Origin: a virus
Taxonomy: Duplodnaviria > Caudoviricetes
Length of the DNA stretch: 36,498 nt
Virus record (IMG/VR): IMGVR_UViG_3300045912_000206
Span: 1-36,498 of that record
Reading direction: 5' to 3' (one strand)
The notes under the pieces are model-generated. The model saw nothing but the letters and a program-made list of their open reading frames with translations, ran no database searches and was not told where the DNA came from. A program made the translations under genes and the position numbers. Shown one piece after another: positions 35,073 to 36,498 of the stretch (positions are counted from its first letter, which is position 1; every line of letters begins with the position of its first letter).

Positions 35073-35734
35073 TGTTCACTCCTGTCAAACCAATGTGGAC
35101 ACTGCTTCACCGGGCACCAGCCGCAAAGGCGGCTGCTGCGGGCGGGAAAATCGGTCGTCTTGCCGGCCGCGTACATTTTGTTGACCCGCTCGATGTAGCC
35201 GCTCCACGTGTCAAGCAGCTCAGCACGGGTGAACCGCCTGCCGGTGCACTGACCATCACGGAGCCATGCGTACACCAAGCGGAAGTTCTCAGCCTCCGGC
35301 ATGTGTTGGGCCAGCACAGCAGCGGACAGAATCAGCTGGTCCCAGCTGTCTTTCTGCTTGCCGGTCTTCCAGTCAACGATCACGCAGCCGCTCACGTGGT
35401 CGATCACGAGGTCGGCCACTGCCCGCACCCAGACGTCCTTGGCGAAGAACCCGGTTGGCTCAAGGTCCCTGTTGAGCGCCAGCTTAAGCTCGCCTGACTT
35501 CGCGCCGGGCAGAGAGATGAACTTGAGAGCCATCCGCTCATGCACCCGCATGGGCAGAGGGAGAGGGACACCCTTCACGACACGTGCGTACAGCGCCTCG
35601 TGGATCGCCCTGCCCTCCGCTGCCTCTTCGCTGTCCTCGTCCTTGACGTCTTTCGCAATGCGCAGGTGGTAGTACTTCTTCGGGCACTGCTCGTACGTCG
35701 AGAGGGCCGAGTAGCTCCATGCAGGGTTCTTCAC
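35069..35734 (-). CDS. PD-(D/E)xK exonuclease, Cas4/RecB-like
   Basis: GTG at 35734 overlaps the polymerase stop. WSYS.L..YEQCP, G..IH, ADL…IVDWKTGK, QL and C.WCP…CPH motifs. Confidence 0.88.
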   Translation of the reverse strand: MKNPAWSYSALSTYEQCPKKYYHLRIAKDVKDEDSEEAAEGRAIHEALYARVVKGVPLPLPMRVHERMALKFISLPGAKSGELKLALNRDLEPTGFFAKDVWVRAVADLVIDHVSGCVIVDWKTGKQKDSWDQLILSAAVLAQHMPEAENFRLVYAWLRDGQCTGRRFTRAELLDTWSGYIERVNKMYAAGKTTDFPARSSRLCGWCPVKQCPHWFDRSEQ

Positions 35735-36498
35735 TTCGCGTCTCCGTAGTTCGCCCCGATGCCTACTTCGGCGGCGATAGGTAGGGTGGGTGCCCACTCA
35801 GGTGGCGTGGACATGATGGTATTGATGCGGGCGGCTAACGCGTGGGCATCTTCGTGGGGCACCACGTACACAAGCTCGTCGTGCACTTGCAGAGCCGGGC
35901 GCAGCCCGAGTTCTTTGTAGATGGTGAGCATCTGCTGGATGATCACCGTCCGTGCCAGCGCCTGCACTACGTTCTCTACAATCATGCCGCCCCAAAGGTG
36001 CCGGACAGCCCCGTCGTAGAATGCCACGTAGCTTTCCGTAGTGTCGCCGTAAGTGAGGTTGGGATACTTCACCACCATGCCATTAGGCAGGCAGATGCCG
36101 TGCGGCGTGATGCTGAGGTACTTGTAGTTCAGCAGGTCACCACGCTGAATCGAGACGAGCATCCGCTCAGCAATAGTCCACATCTTCACAATGCTGCGGT
36201 ACGTGTTCCGGTACGTAGCGACGTACCGCTCCGCCGTCTCCGTGTCGATGCGGACACCGCTCTGGAGCAGGAACAACCGAAGCCGTTCAGTCCCCATGCC
36301 GTACCCGAGACCCAGAATGCAGCACTTCCCGATGAATCTCTCGTTGGGGTCAGCCTTCGTGATGGTCCTGCCGAACAGTTTGGAGGCGAACGCACTGTAG
36401 ACGTCCTCACCGGTAGCGAACGCGTGCACCAGTGCGGCCTCGCCGGAAAGGTGTGCGTTAATGCGCGCCTCGATTTGCGCCAAATCAGCCGTGATAAC
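35731..36498 (-). CDS. DNA polymerase family A, C-terminal part (truncated by window)
   Basis: Motif A ADLAQIEAR, motif B RFIGKCCILGLGYG, motif C LQVHDEL; open to the window edge. Confidence 0.95.
   Translation of the reverse strand, partial: VITADLAQIEARINAHLSGEAALVHAFATGEDVYSAFASKLFGRTITKADPNERFIGKCCILGLGYGMGTERLRLFLLQSGVRIDTETAERYVATYRNTYRSIVKMWTIAERMLVSIQRGDLLNYKYLSITPHGICLPNGMVVKYPNLTYGDTTESYVAFYDGAVRHLWGGMIVENVVQALARTVIIQQMLTIYKELGLRPALQVHDELVYVVPHEDAHALAARINTIMSTPPEWAPTLPIAAEVGIGANYGDAK

Noticed and set aside
35069-35734. Cas4-like nuclease as sign of a CRISPR system
   Set aside because: No array or other cas genes; such nucleases are routine next to phage polymerases.

Overview
A 36.5 kb, GC-rich, almost fully coding fragment of a tailed dsDNA phage, probably a podovirus of a Gram-negative host (it encodes spanins). 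It has two convergent arms. The + strand (1-27747) carries the end of a probable scaffold gene, the major capsid protein, head-tail adaptors, a tail fibre/appendage block, a tail nozzle-like protein and a lysis cassette (GH108 endolysin, probable holin, embedded Rz/Rz1-type spanins). These are followed by a GNAT acetyltransferase, three probable ejection proteins including a 3.4k-aa polyvalent protein (HExxH zincin, PLxRFG-like motif), and a five-gene accessory cassette: T5 A1-like metallophosphoesterase, HExxH protein, small membrane protein, DUF5664-type dNTP diphosphohydrolase, HNH. The - strand (36498-27748) carries replication genes: family A DNA polymerase (partial), Cas4-like PD-(D/E)xK nuclease, VRR-NUC, SNF2-like helicase, probable SSB and a primase/DUF927 helicase. 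The most notable observations are three consecutive tail genes sharing one N-terminal anchor domain (one of them stand-alone), clustered beta-clamp-like QxxLF motifs in the giant protein plus an exact QLDLF in a small replication-arm protein, internal domain repeats in the giant protein, and the accessory cassette. All calls come from reading motifs by eye; no searches were run. No RNA genes, CRISPR array, integrase or reverse transcriptase were seen.
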